DNA of 64,000 nt from Guillardia theta CCMP2712 (taxonomy: Eukaryota > Protista > Cryptophyta): the NCBI RefSeq assembly GCF_000315625.1, contig NW_005434664.1:588167-652166 (forward strand), given 5' to 3'. Positions within the stretch are counted from its first letter, which is position 1; every line of letters begins with the position of its first letter. The notes under the pieces were generated by a model. It worked only from the letters and a program-made list of their open reading frames with translations, did not search any database and was not told the DNA's origin. The position numbers and the translations under genes were made by a program. This document shows, piece by piece, positions 37,108 to 50,242 of this stretch.

Positions 37108-40100
37108 ATGCCTCATCACCTCGCAAGTCGAGTTGCTTTCCTCCTGTTTGCTCTGCTAGTGCATCCAAGGCCGTGCTCCCCGACGCTGCGAAAGAAGTTT
37201 GAGGTTCTGCGTCTCAACGGAGGAGTTCAGTACTATGAGGGGATGAGGGACGAGAGGGGAAGGTCCAAGAGCAACCCAGGAAAGCTCAAGTTTATGAATG
37301 CGACTATGATCAACGAGGAGTGTCGGCGATGGTTGGAGGCCGAGTACGCGGCCAGGCGACATGCCAACTTCGAGAGGAATCGGCAAGAATGCACCCCTCG
37401 AAGCAAGTCTGCGCCCCATGAGATGCAATTCTCTGCCTCTTCTTGTCCGATCCCCACGGGATCTGATTTCAACACGAACCTCTCTCTCTTTCAATCTCGC
37501 ATCTGGTCGACTGGGCAACCCGCCATCTCCGGCCAACAGCTCAACTGGAGTGAGGTCACTAGCAAGTCAACAGTTCGCTCAAGCTCCTCCGAGGAATGGC
37601 TTAACCATCGGCTGCGTGGAGGTAAGCCCGAATCGAAGAGTTCGGTCAGGAAGAATGAGAGAACGTTCGTCCACAACATGGGGTCCCCCCTCGGGGCAAC
37701 AAGCCCGGGAGAGGAAGGCGGAGCTGCAGCGCAGGTGGAAGCAGCGCTCAAGATGTTGGAGACGTGTGACAGCTCGAGGTCTGACATGACAAGTCGAGAG
37801 GGGATCGCACAGCTGCAAGCCTTGAGTGAGCAAGGGAATGGTCGCGCAGCCTTTAATTTAGCGCAAATTTACGAGAGGGGCAATTATGGCATGACAGCCG
37901 ACGCTTCAAAGAGCTTGGAGCTCTTGCAGAATTCGGCCTTGCATGGTTATCCACCTGCGATGTACCATATAGGGATCCGGTGCCTCTCGGGAAAGGGAGT
38001 CGCTCGAAATGAGACCATGGCGATCGGATGGTGGTATGTACACTGACGAACTCTAGACTGCTTGTTCATTCTCATACTGTTTTGTCGTGTTCATCAGGCG
38101 CAAGGCATCGAGACTTGGCCATGAAAAGTCGCAGATGAGGCTCGGGGTGTACCTGCTGGATCGGGGGCAGAGGACAACTGATCCTCAAGGAGCTGCGATG
38201 GTCAAGGAAGCCGTTGCGTTGCTAAACACGGCGAGCTCCCAAGGCCTTCCAGACGCAAAGTATGTCCTTGGAGCATACCTTCTAGCCGTATCAAAGGGGT
38301 CCTCTGAACGAAAGGAGGCGCTCGCGTTGATCCAAGCCGCGGCTGATGTAACAGTTTGTGACTCAGTGGAACATTGGTGTTCACTCTGCTTCAGGTCGGG
38401 CATGTACTTAGCTCAGCGGTCATGGGTAGAATTCTACTGAAAGGTGATCCGAGCATCAAAAGTGACGAGGTAAAAGTTATCAAGGGCCGTCTCATGGCTG
38501 CACTCTCAACCTTTCCTGGCAGATCAAAGCTGCGAAATATATAGAGAAGGCTGCACTTGGCGGTGACGCGGACTCGCAGTATCTTTATGGATGTCTGTTC
38601 ATGGATGGTTTTCGAAGAGAAGTGGAAGAGTCGACGTCGACTGGATCGAAGCAACATGATTCTGTACGAAGGAGGCAAGTATGTGCTAGTGACCTAATCA
38701 CTTCATCACAGAGCCCTGTTGGAAAGCTTGTTGAAGAAAGGGATCCAATAGTAGCCTTCGAATGGTTCAAGAAAGCTGCAGAGAGTGGTCTTGACTTGTT
38801 CCTTTGAATCAATACTATTTGACACTTGACACCAAGGATCGGCTGAAGCTCAATACAAAGTTGCGATGAGGCAGCTGCAGAAGTTTCGAGACAGTGACTT
38901 TCAGAGGACTGAGAAGGCGGTAGAAGCAGATGGGATTGTTGTGACGATGTCTGAGAGTGAGGGGAGCAGGAAGCTTTGGATTTGCTCAAGAAAGCAGCGC
39001 AGGCTGGGCACATGGAGGCAGCATGGCAAATGGCCCATCAGCTAATGAGCCTGGCAAGAACTCTCAGGGTTAAGGTTTCTCGCAAAATTGTTGCAGAAGC
39101 TGGTCAATGGCTGGAGGTTTGCTGGAGATGTTCGATATCTCTTGTAACACGCAAGTGTAGGAAGCAGCACATGGTGGCCATGCCAAGGCGCAGGTTTGTA
39201 AGCATCTCAAGGAGGCGGTGCTTGCTCACGAGCGCCTAGCTCCTCTTGGGCCAGAGCATGCGAGATGGAAGGTTTGGCTTCGCCGAGAGCACGAATAGAA
39301 GCATAGCAACAGAGTGGTTGAAGCGGTGAGCTGCAGCGATGTTGTGTATTCAATGTTGACGCCCGTGTGAACAGAGCTGCAGAGGCTGGTGAATTAGAAG
39401 CACAGGTGGAGTACGCTCTTGCTCTCGTTCGTGGCGATGGCGTGAAGCAAGACGAGTCCTCAGCAAGGGAATGGTTGTCATTAGCTGCTGCTGCAGGCAA
39501 CATGCGAGCAAGATACGAGCTTGCAAAGCACCTCCTTGCCAACGTCGGAGAACGAAATTCCTTGTATGAGGACATAGCCAACCCATCCAAGAAAGCTGTC
39601 GATCTCTTGAGGGATTGTGTGCAACATGGTTATCTCGACGCCATGTATGAGGTGTAGCCACAAAGCAAGCTGACCCAGACTCTCACTCTTGTCGCAGTTG
39701 TGCAGATTGTTTCGAGCTGGAAACTGGATGATAAAGTCCAATCGCACCGAAGCCATTCACCTCTACAGGTCGCTGCTAGAGAAGCGCGAGGTTGTTTGAG
39801 CTAAGCTCTACTTGTGCCCTCATACCCTTGGCAGGATCCTGAAATTGCCATGGAATTTGCCACATTGCTCCTCGAAAACAAGTACAGGGACATTCAGTCT
39901 CATGGACGAGAAAGGGCCTTCGTGGACGAAGTCCGCGAGGGCCTCAAGTGGCTGAGATTCGCATTCAGCAACGACGTCGAAGGAGCAGAGAAGTCCCTGC
40001 GGGACGCGCAGCTGCAGTTCTCTCGCTTCCTCAACATGCAAGAGATGGCTGGCGAGTTGGGTGCGGGGCTCGAGCACCTCAACATCTCTTACCCTGCTCA

Positions 40101-41979
40101 CCTTGGGACCGGGAGGCTCCGGATCACGCTGGTCCGACCTCGTAACCTGCCTAAGTGTGCGGCAGGGCAAGGCAAGGTTCCGAGCAAGCCGAAGCAGACG
40201 CATGTCTACGTCACCTTGGAGTCAGAGCGACACGCCACCGCAGCTGACAGCGAGGAGGAGGAGGAGGGGGTGCAGGAGGTGGACAACTTCGAGAAGAGCT
40301 GGGATGGAGAGCTGGGTGTGAGGTGGACGAAAGTCTATCACTCCTCTCGATTTAGGCACTTGAAACTGACGGGAGGGCACGGGATGCGAGAGGCTCCGAT
40401 CTCCACCCTTGAGGTCCAGACGAGGAAGGTGGGACGGACCAGCAAGGTAGTCAGCTCGCTGTCCTCTCCCCATCTCAAGGCTCGCAGGTTTGGAACGATA
40501 CGTTTGCATGCTACCTCAATGGTTCTAAGAACGCATTCCACCGCCCTATGGTGGGAACTCTACATGTGGAGGTGGAAGGAAGACGAGAATTCGTATCAGA
40601 GGTCAGTCTTCTGCTCCTCTCCTCCCTNNNNNNNNNNNNNNNNNNNNNNNNNNNNNNNNNNNNNNNNNNNNNNNNNNNNNNNNNNNNNNNNNNNNNNNNN
40701 NNNNNNNNNNNNNNNNNNNNNNNNNNNGATGTTCATTACTGTGCCTTCTTCGCAGTCGCACATAGAGTTGGCGCTGAGGCGCGAAGAGGTCTCACTCGGC
40801 ATGCTGGTGAACCTGAGCTGATGGTCGTGCAGGCGAAATTCCGCAAGGAGTTCAACGCCAAGGTTCTGATCTCGACGGATCAAGTAGTGGTGGACCATGA
40901 AGGAACGACGGTAAGACGTCGGCTCCTCCTGCTGCCGTGTGGTTGAGCATGAGGACTGGCAGTTGCCCTGGAGCATCCTTCAGAAGGTCCCGAACCTCAA
41001 CAGGATCTACGAGCCGATCGTGGCGAAGCATCGAGACACCAAGTTCTTGAATGAGTTCCAGGGAGACTTCGACACGGTCTCTTTCTCGCACGGTCCTCTA
41101 TCTTCTGATTCCTCCCTCTTGCTCTCAGATCCTTGACTTCGACCCCTGGACGGAACGATGCAAGAACGGCGACTGGAAGGTACCAGGAAGGAACAGGTTG
41201 CCGAGCACATGCGCGGTTGCTCGTGACTTGATGATGGTGGGTGCAGAGAATTCTATGACTGGCACGGGCCATGGTACGAGTGGCTGAGAAAGTGAGCAGG
41301 AGCCATATCGAGGCACTTGCTGACTGGCCCGCAGGTACACCAAGGGCTTGTTGACGAGGAAAGACGTTCCCGCGGGGTGAGCGATGACTGTGTGAGGCAG
41401 CGAAGAGTCACAGGCTGACAGGTCCCTTCCTCCGTACATGAAGAAGACCGAGATAAGAAGGCAGATCCGAAAGTTGGCGTGGGAGAAGGTCAAGACGATC
41501 CATGTTGCGAGAGGTGACATCTCTTCCTTCATCTCCTCTTCCTTCGCCTCCTTCGCCTCCTCCTTCACCCCCCCCCTTCTCCTCCTTTCCCTCTCCTCCT
41601 CCTCCTCTTCCTTTGCGTGCTCCTCTACATGCTCCTCCTGCTCTACCTGCGACTTCTCCCTGGCTCCATCTCAATCCTGCTCCTCGCAGAGAAGCGCCGC
41701 TTGAAGAAAAAGCTTCAGCAAGCTCAGTCCAAAGACACCAAGACGAGCTCCGGGAGACCTCGCCGAGAGGTGAGCAGCTCGTGAACGTGTGAGGTTATGA
41801 TGAGAGTGAAGCAGGGGAGGCGGGGGGATCTCTCCTCGTCCATGGAGGAGTACTCTCAGGAGGAGACGCAGCCAAGAGTCGTCAGGCCTCAGCCTTCCGA
41901 TCCGACCAGCGAGCCTCCCAAGATGTCCAAGTTGTGCAGCAAGAGCTCGTTCCTTCAGAGCCTGTTAAGAGCCAACTGA
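37108..41979 (+). CDS. Signal-peptide-bearing Sel1-repeat protein with a C2-like domain (may be two genes across the assembly gap)
   Basis: Hydrophobic leader; many Sel1 repeats (GNGRAAFNLAQIYERG, GYPPAMYHIGIRCLSGKGVARN, AFEWFKKAAES, GELEAQVEYALALVRGDGVKQD). C2-like RLRITLVRPRNLP...HVYVTL...VWNDTF. Confidence 0.75.
40628..40727. other. Assembly gap (100 N)
   Basis: Run of N bases. Confidence 1.
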
Positions 41980-42202
41980 GCCGTGTCGTCTGTGAGAGTG
42001 AAAGATGACATGTCTTGAAAACTAGCCAGCTATTTCCCAAGTTCCGTTTGACGGGAGTCAATAATGAAACGGTCCAGCCCTTCAAAATATTAGTTAAGTA
42101 TGTTTCCATTGAGCCCGCCCCCGATGATCACACAGGAGATTTTTGCAATCCAGTGTTTCGACATTAAGTGGTGGTTTGCTGTCCTCGAGGAGTTCGAGCT
42201 CA

Positions 42203-43249
42203 ATGCTCGCGAGAATGGCGCATGCGGCCTTGAGGGCGACGGGAGCGGGAAGAGAAGGGATGATGAGAGAGATGAAGCAGACGAGAGGAAGAAGCTGGTT
42301 GCTCTCGTCCTGCTCCTCCTGCTCCTTTTCCTCGGCCTCTCCTCTTCACCTTCACAGTGAGCGAAGAAGCTTCCATGCGACGCCTTGTGCTGCGAGAAAG
42401 AAAGGGTTCTTCTATGAGCTTGGACTGCTCTTCAGTAAGAAGAAGAGGGACGAGAGAGGCAAGGCACTTGATGAGGAGGTAAACATGGGGCGCTTCCCCG
42501 AGATGAACGAGCTGCATCGGACAGGAGGGAAACTTTTCGATGCTGACGACAACTTAGTCCCGGCATCAGACTCAATTATCTTCCCCGACGTGAAGTGCTT
42601 CACGGCTGATGGCAAGGAGCACGACCTCGTGCAGATCTTGAGAGGGAAGGTGACGTGTGTCACTGTCTTCATGCGAGACTTTGCGAGACCGATGCTCAAG
42701 TCGTGGGAAGAGCACATAGACGAAGTGAAGCAGGAGTACCCTCAGTTGCAGGTACGCGAGATCAGGACCAGCTCCTCGAGAGCTGTCGACAGGTCTGAGT
42801 GCCATGGCAGGTGGTTCAGCTCTCGTTTGTGGAGGGGGTGGCCTACCGGCTGATCAAGGGCTGGATGATCTCATCTATGAAGAAGAGGATCCAACCGGAC
42901 AAGCATGATCGGATCCACATGTGTTTCGGTTCTAGCGATGAATTCAGGAAGGCGCTCCACGTGAAGAACAGGCTGGTAGACGTTTCATGACGACTGTGTT
43001 GCTCCTTCACCCTTTGGTGTCTTGACAGGTAGCATACATCTTCCTCGTGGACAGCCAAGGAAGGATGCGTTGGCAGTAACTCTAACCTGTCTCCCTCTCA
43101 TGTGCCTCACATGGTGACAGAGCAGTCGGCTACCCGCTTCCACACGAGGCTCGCTTCATGAGGAAATCTGTCGGCAAGGTGGGAGGTGTGAGAGCGACTG
43201 AGAGACGCTAATGCAGTCGCAGCTGATGGAGGTTCGAAGCCGGAAATGA
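42203..43249 (+). CDS. ATP10: Mitochondrial ATP synthase assembly factor ATP10
   Basis: Arg/Ser-rich presequence ending RRSFHAT; GGKLFDA...IIFPD, MLKSW, VVQLSFVEG and KNRLVAYIFLVDSQGRMRWQAVG. Confidence 0.85.
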
Positions 43250-43313
43250 CAAGGGCAGAGGGGAGAAGCGCGCGATTGTTTCATTATCCTCCAGCAAGAC
43301 GTGAGATCGTCGC

Positions 43314-45785
43314 TCACTGCTTGTACAACTCGAACTTTGAGTTGAGCTGCTTCGTGATCTCACGGCACAAGAGATGCCATTCCAGCCCGTAGAGCTCTGA
43401 GAGCAAGTCAATGATGGGCAGCACATGGCAGCGACTTGCCGATGGAGTTTTTGTCTTGGTGGTAAATCCTGATGGTCTTGAGTAGAGTCTTCCTCATCAT
43501 GGCGTCCGAGAAGTCACTCGGGATCTGGAGCAGCAAGGGATGAGTTGTGGCAGGCAACGGCTTGTTGGTCCTCACCTCGTTGGGATTGTTCCGTGGGGGA
43601 TGATACTTGAAGACATGCTGCAGGAGAGCTTGTGCCGACTTCTTAGAAGCAGCCTGATGAGCAGAACATCAGAGAGTGAGAGAGAGTGGGAGGGCAGGAG
43701 GCGACTTTGATCTTGTCTAGCTGAGGCTCCAGATCCTGAAAGGGTCTGTGAGAGGAGAAACCAGTGGGATGGAACATGCCTTCATCACGGGGCCGCTCAA
43801 GTTGGCTGCTCGCATCGCCTCCTCCTCTGGGACCAAGGTGAGGAAGGAAGCGACGAGAACATGAAGGTCACCTTCCATGCGCTGGCGAGCCCGTTCAGCA
43901 GCACGCCTGTTGCCATCGCTAAGAGAGATGTCATCGAACAGGCAGAAGATTCACTTCTCTGCTGCTTCCTCCTGCTCTCTTTTCGCACGAGCTTGCTCGT
44001 CTTCAGGTCCATGCGCTTGCTGCTTTGCTTGCTGTGGAGCATTTCCTCGAGCCTGGAAGAAACCGAAGTAGTTCTTGTTGCCCTCAGCCTTCTCCTTCTC
44101 CTGCTTGTCGTTGGAGCCGGAGGCCTTGAGAAAGTTCACGACAGTGAGTTTCACATATCAGACCTTCGCAATCAGTTACACTACCGTGTCGGGCGCATCA
44201 CAAGGCCTGTCGTCTTTCCACTTTCCTTTGTAGACTTTGCCTGCCGAAAGAACTTTCAGGTCCCATCTCACTTCTCTTGCAATGCCTGCCTTGGTTGGAC
44301 GTGTACGTTCCTTGTCCGTGTTTCTTGCCTTCTACCCACTCTCCTTCGTAACGTGCACCGTTTGAAGCTTTGAAGATGCCGTAACCGTGTTTCAACCTGT
44401 CAAATCCCATGTGACGAATGCTTCAGCATCCTCGTCGTTCTCACCCATTCTTGGTCTCTCCTTCGTAATAATCTCCATTCGTGTACTTGTAGGTGCCCTT
44501 CCCATGCTTCTTGTCGTTCTGATGTGCAACACTCACCACCATGAACATGATCGCGTTCGCTCAATTGAGTACCTTCCATTCGCCATCATAAGAACTGCCA
44601 TCGGGCCTGACATGCTTTCCACGCCTGAAGGAAACCGCAGTTTCATTCAATCAAAAACCGCAATACAGGCAGGAAGCAATCAGAACGCGCTAACCCCTCT
44701 TTCTTGTTGTTCCTCCATTCGCCATCATACACGTGCCCATCACTGGAGGTCAAAAGTCACCCGACAGGCTGTTGCTGTGCAAAAGCACCTGCTCGACGAC
44801 TTTCCGCGTCCATGCTTCACGCCATTCATCCACTCTCCCTGATAGACACCACCGCCATCCTGCAAGAAAAGGACACCAAGAGCATCAAATATCCTACATA
44901 ACACTCCGAGCTACTCACTGCAGATTTGAACGTTCCTTTGCCGTGCTGTTTGCCATCCTTCCATTCACCCTCATATACTCTTCCATCCGCGCATTTCAAA
45001 CACCAAATCCACATTGAACACCTTCTTTCCACTGCAAAATAATCAGCAGGCTGCAGACCACCCAGCGGGTTTACCGTCCCAACAAACGTATCCCCACTCT
45101 TGTATATGAGCTTTCCATTGCCGTGCTTCTGGTCATTCTGATATTCGCCCTCGTAAACAGAGCCATCCTTGCGCGTGTATCGCCCAGTCCCATGCTTCTT
45201 ACCGAAGTGAAAGTCTCCGACATAGTGATCGCCGTTGTCGTACATGTAAGAGATGTTGATTCCATGCAGCTGATTCCTAGAAGTTGGTCCCTTGTGAGCG
45301 TTGGGTTGGGACCCGTGGGCTTGACTCGCCGATTCATTCTCTTTGTCGTTGACATTGCCACGTGCAGCTCGAGCAGCTTCCGCCTTGTCTTGAAGCGTTT
45401 GAATCTTTGTCTTGAGAAAGCTCACCCAAGCCCCGGCTTCTTGAGTCGTACTGGCCTTGAAGCTGAAGAAAATGTTTGCATCATCTTTCCTCCTCAACGT
45501 GAACTTTTCGCCTTTTAGATCCTTTGCATTTTCACTCAGCACCCAGTCGACCAAAGAAAGAATCTGACCATCATCTGCAACTGCGATCTTCTCCTGGGCT
45601 TTGCTCCCTTGGTTTGCCCGGAAGACTACCACCTCAGCTTGCCGCATATACATTACACCATGGGACACCCAGCACATGAGTTTCTCCTTCCATGCGCTTT
45701 CAAACATGTTTCTGCTCTCACTCTTCTTCAGCAGCAAGCCATGGCATTCGCTGGTGAGCCACGGCTCTGCTGTACTGGAGGCCAT
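43314..45785 (-). CDS. PH domain + MORN repeats + C-terminal J-domain-like protein
   Basis: PH-like GLLLKKSE...WKEK...[16 protein letters not shown]; MORN repeats ([56 protein letters not shown]); tail [16 protein letters not shown]...[14 protein letters not shown]. Confidence 0.8.
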
Positions 45786-46247
45786 CCAGAGGTAATATTC
45801 TCACGCCCAACCTGATCGACCTGTGGGTCGCACAAACAAGTGGAGGAGAAGAAAGGTCTCAGGGCCCCCCAGGTGTTCTCACTCTCTTGTAACAACCAGC
45901 TCTCTTCTCCATGCGCTCCCCGAGCTTCTGCCTCTCCTTTCTAGCCAGCGAAAGTCTCCCTTACCATGCCATCACGCCACTGCTCCGACACCGAAAGCCA
46001 CCCTAAAGGGAGCGACGGGGGTGTTGCAGTAGGGGGGTGGGTTCTAGTTCTATAGACCCGGTGTATTTTAAATAAAATTACATATCTGAGTAGGGGTACT
46101 ATCAAGAACGGGGGGTATCATGGGTCATGCATTAATTATTTTCGAGGGTGGGGTAGTTTTGAAAATGAGAGCACTGTGCCTCGTCCCCGCACTTGCCCCA
46201 TATCTGCTGAAACTCATCCCCCCCCTATCCGCGGACAGCGAAGAGCC

Positions 46248-47237
46248 ATGGCCCGGGGTCGACTGTCATGGCAGGGAGGGTTGGGCGCCGCGGCGTTGGG
46301 TGTTGGGTGCGCATGCTTGCTGATGATGATATCTTTGAGAGGGATCACGCCGGGAGTCCGGCTGCAATGCACTTCTGCTCTTGATTGTGCGAGCAAGCGG
46401 TATTTCAGATTGCAGGCCAGATCGAGGAAAGCAAGAAGAGCTGCGCTAGTCATGAACCGGCAGGTTCACTTGGGCGTCTTAGGGAGATCAGCTGACATTG
46501 CTGAAAACATTGGAGGGTCTTTGGCTGCTGTAGGTTCGATGAGGAGAAAAACTCCCAAGCTGATGCAATCTCCATTCGTCAAGACGCTGGGACCTGGCCC
46601 CGAGTCCCCAGAGAACAATACAAAGACTGCGCCACTTGAAGCTAGCTTCACACGCGGCAAGGACTTGAATTCTATCTTTCATCGTTCACTGTGGAAGCAC
46701 AACGATGAAAGTAAGACGCACCCTTTCCTTGTGTGGACTGCTGATAATCTGAAAACCGTCGAATCGGATTACGACGATGACAACAAACTTATTATGAATG
46801 GTGTTAACGTTGACGGCAGTGACATGTTCAACAAAGTTATTCCTCTCCCTGCAATGAGAGGGGAGAGAATCGCTCACTTGACCAATGCCAGTGACGCTCA
46901 AACGGAGGAGGCCAAAAGCTGGAACAAACTTGCATCTGTTGGAGTGAACGTTTACGGTTCGCTCTTCTCAGACCCAGTTGCTAAAGGAAGCCACTCGGAC
47001 GGCCTGTCTGATCAAGAGGAGTCGAATGATCCTTGCAACGAGGCCTACGTCGATTCTGTCTCGGGGATGCAAAATGAGTACAATTACTGGGACGACGATC
47101 ATGTCAAGGACCCGTCAGATGTTGCTCCCTTGGAGCGTGCAAGAGTAACCGTATCCAACAAGAACTGGCAAAAGGCCGTTCCAAATCCTGCATGGCAGCC
47201 TTATGCCAAGCTCTCCCGCTCAGGGTGTAAAAAGTAG
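46248..47237 (+). CDS. Hypothetical protein with N-terminal hydrophobic anchor
   Basis: Long open frame; LGAAALGVGCACLLMMISL hydrophobic stretch; no family recognised. Confidence 0.6.
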   Translation: MARGRLSWQGGLGAAALGVGCACLLMMISLRGITPGVRLQCTSALDCASKRYFRLQARSRKARRAALVMNRQVHLGVLGRSADIAENIGGSLAAVGSMRRKTPKLMQSPFVKTLGPGPESPENNTKTAPLEASFTRGKDLNSIFHRSLWKHNDESKTHPFLVWTADNLKTVESDYDDDNKLIMNGVNVDGSDMFNKVIPLPAMRGERIAHLTNASDAQTEEAKSWNKLASVGVNVYGSLFSDPVAKGSHSDGLSDQEESNDPCNEAYVDSVSGMQNEYNYWDDDHVKDPSDVAPLERARVTVSNKNWQKAVPNPAWQPYAKLSRSGCKK

Positions 47238-47297
47238 TTTGTGTTAACCCAATTAAACCTTTTGAGTGTTTATCTCGATCTTCAGTTCTTGAACGTC

Positions 47298-47934
47298 TCA
47301 CTTATTCTTGATGAGTTTCACTGGCAGTGAGCTCTGTGCCATAACGTTGTGAGGTTCGTTCGAGCTCGATGTTGAGCGTTCGGCTCCAACAGTTTTGGCT
47401 CGTTTGAGTTGCAGTTCTCCAAGCTTCTCCCAGTTCCAACATTCGGGATCATTGATGTCCCTTTGAGCATCATTCGGGTCGTGCTTCACCAGTCTTACCA
47501 CCTGACACATTCGATTCAGGCAGGAGCACAAACGACAGAAGCCTGGTATATCAGATACCTTCCGACCATGCCCTGGCAGAGGCAGGGCTTTCACACCGCT
47601 GGATGAAGAATCAGGTTGTGAATGGGAATGGAATATTCAGAGCTGAGCAAACCTTGAGACTCCAGATGAGAACGACTCGGGCACTTTTGCTATTGAGTTG
47701 AAACAATCTTGCACCTGCACACTGAATCATTGTTTGCATTGAATGAAAGATCAAAGGGAACAAAGCGCAAAAGGTATCTTGCAGACACTCCATTATAGGA
47801 ACACAACACACCGTCTCAATGCATGACACAGCTTGAAGTGAAATGCTTTGGATGGACGCTTCCAAATCTTGTCTTATCATTTCTGCTACTCCTCGATTCG
47901 GTGTACTTGTTGGATCATCACTGACTTTCCGCAT
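47298..47934 (-). CDS. Hypothetical protein
   Basis: ORFs 47611-48024 and 47298-47594 appear to be exons of one gene; no family recognised. Confidence 0.45.
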
Positions 47935-48364
47935 CGCTGCAGTCTGCGCAGACAGAACGTTGAAGCAGATAGCCTTAGTGCGATGATAGCCAAGAACGCT
48001 AGTGCTACGTTTGAACCGTGACAAGCAGGGGCAGGATAGAAGGATCAGATTGGTTCAGAGACGAGCAGCAGCGGGCGGAGGAGCAAGGAGGGAGGCAGTG
48101 GGCCCTCAGGGCTGTAAGGCAGGAGGGAGCAGAACCACTGAGTAGGGCCTCTGAAGCGGCAGACCGATACTAGTACAGGCCCTTCCGACAGTCATCACTC
48201 GGGTCGGACCCTCAGCCCCGCCGGCCCCCGGCCCGTGGGACGGCCCGGCCCGTGCCTGAGTGCCGGGCCGCAACGGTGGGAGCCTCGGACCCCCGGCGGC
48301 CCACTGGCTGCCGCAGTGCCGTGTTGGACAGGCTGCCACCGGCGCGTTTTTCCATCGTTTTATT

Positions 48365-50242
48365 TCACAGATGGTCGAAACTTACTTTTCTTCTTGCGCC
48401 CGATGCTTGTTGTCTCAATATCTTGTTTCTTGATATTTCTTGTTTCATTTTAGACTTTGTGTTCTGTTTGTAGATTTGGTCACAAGATCGATATTCTAGC
48501 AAACAGCCATTACCTGGATGCCTATCTCTATCTCTTGAATCTTACTGCTTAAGATGTCCTGTAATGTATCAAGTGAGCCAGATGGTGCTATTCCAAACAT
48601 GATGTACTATATGTTCTTGCTCAAGCTTTCTGCGTTCCATCATTAATGCATTTGCTTTCGAAGCTTCGAATTCATCAGTGTCAGATATCAGTTTTTGTAA
48701 GTTCTGCCCAACACTCTTCAAATCCAACTGTAAAGAGAAATCAAACGCTCCCATGAAAGAACTTAGAGGCAATATACGGATTCAAGCTCCCACTGAAGCC
48801 TCTGCCTTTCTTCTTGCTGCTTTTCATACTTTAACTTCAAGCTGCTATGAAGCTGGTCCAATTTTTCTTTTGACGTGTTAAATGATGTTCCATTGGTAGA
48901 TACTGGCATATTTTTGAGTAGCCAATGAACTTCAGCCTAGAATACCCAAAAGTGCAAATTAGCGTAGCTCATTTAAGACGTTTTCTCACCTCTTCAGAAA
49001 AAAACATTGACACAAAATGCTGAAAATCAATCTTGTTCTTATCAGTTCCACTTTCTTTTCGTTCACTCAACGACTCATTCAACCGCTTGATTGCATTTGC
49101 TTTGTCGGCTGAGTTTTGAATTTTCAAAAGCGAACATAAATCTGAATGCACGAGGACGATTACTGCAAAAACTAGGAATGAACAAAATACCTCGATTGTT
49201 GTATATCGCACTTATCAATTCTTGTGCGGTCACAGCATTCTCAGGATGTCTACTTATCAATTTGAATGCTGAACTGATCTGTGTAACCTGATACAGGCCA
49301 AATATTTGATCAAGCAGCACTCGAATGGAAGAATCAAATTACCGTGGGCCCACAGGTCGTACTGGAACCTGGAATTTCGTCTGCTTGGCCCAAGTGGTCA
49401 ACCTCCAAATTATGCGGACGAGCAGATGAAGAATTGACCTGGGTCAGAGCTGCTCTTCTTCAAGCTCTTTGCTGCTTTTTTTAATTTCTCTTTACAATCC
49501 TGGCAGCACTTGTCATGTTTGGGAGCAAGCAGTAACAGGTATCAAGTGGTTCTTGGCGATCTTGCCTGGAGGCTTTTATCGGTTTGATGCAGATTGATGG
49601 ATGTTTCTAACATTTCATTTTGCTTTTCTCGCCACCTTTGACAGATCGATCAATTACATGTCAATTCAAAAGATTGATTCACGTTCGCGCATGGCTGCTT
49701 CTCTGTAGCAAAGCATTGAGCAGGTTCTTCATGCTTGAGGCGTCTCGTGAAGATGTTGAACTCTCTTTCTCCGCCAAAATCTACACTCTCGTCAAAGAAG
49801 GCCTGTGCAACTTGAAGATACAGTACTTGTAAAGCTTTTTGGCCGTACTTTTCCAGTTCGACTCCAACCAACTGGCGTGTATTCAGCAATCGAGATTTCT
49901 GCAAACATGGAGCGAAGATAGACACATCAGTTCCCCGACGCAATACCTGCAATTCTCGAGAGCTTTCCCTTCTTGAAGCTCGCAGATCTTTCAGCTGTTG
50001 GACACGTTCGTAAATTTCAAACATCATGATTGCATCAACCACAGAACATTCAGTAAGATGCGTTGTTAGGCAGGGAAAGGGGAGGATCTCAGCCCAACGC
50101 TGAGACTTGACAACACAGAGCACTGCTTGCGAGTGAAATTGCATTGGGAGGCTGGCACAGCCAGTAGGACGCGAGGAAGGGGCATCACCAGCGTGTCAAG
50201 TCTGCTGAGCGGATCGTCCTCCGTCCTGGAAGTTGACGCCAT
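48365..50242 (-). CDS. Hypothetical coiled-coil protein
   Basis: Chain of coding-like exons (MMFEIYERVQQLKDLR..., LMMERRKLEQEH, ...RRKVSFDHL*) with GT-AG boundaries. Confidence 0.55.

Noticed and set aside
40360-40377. LKLTGG as a third ubiquitin-like cleavage motif
   Set aside because: Too divergent and inside the C2-like region; could be chance.
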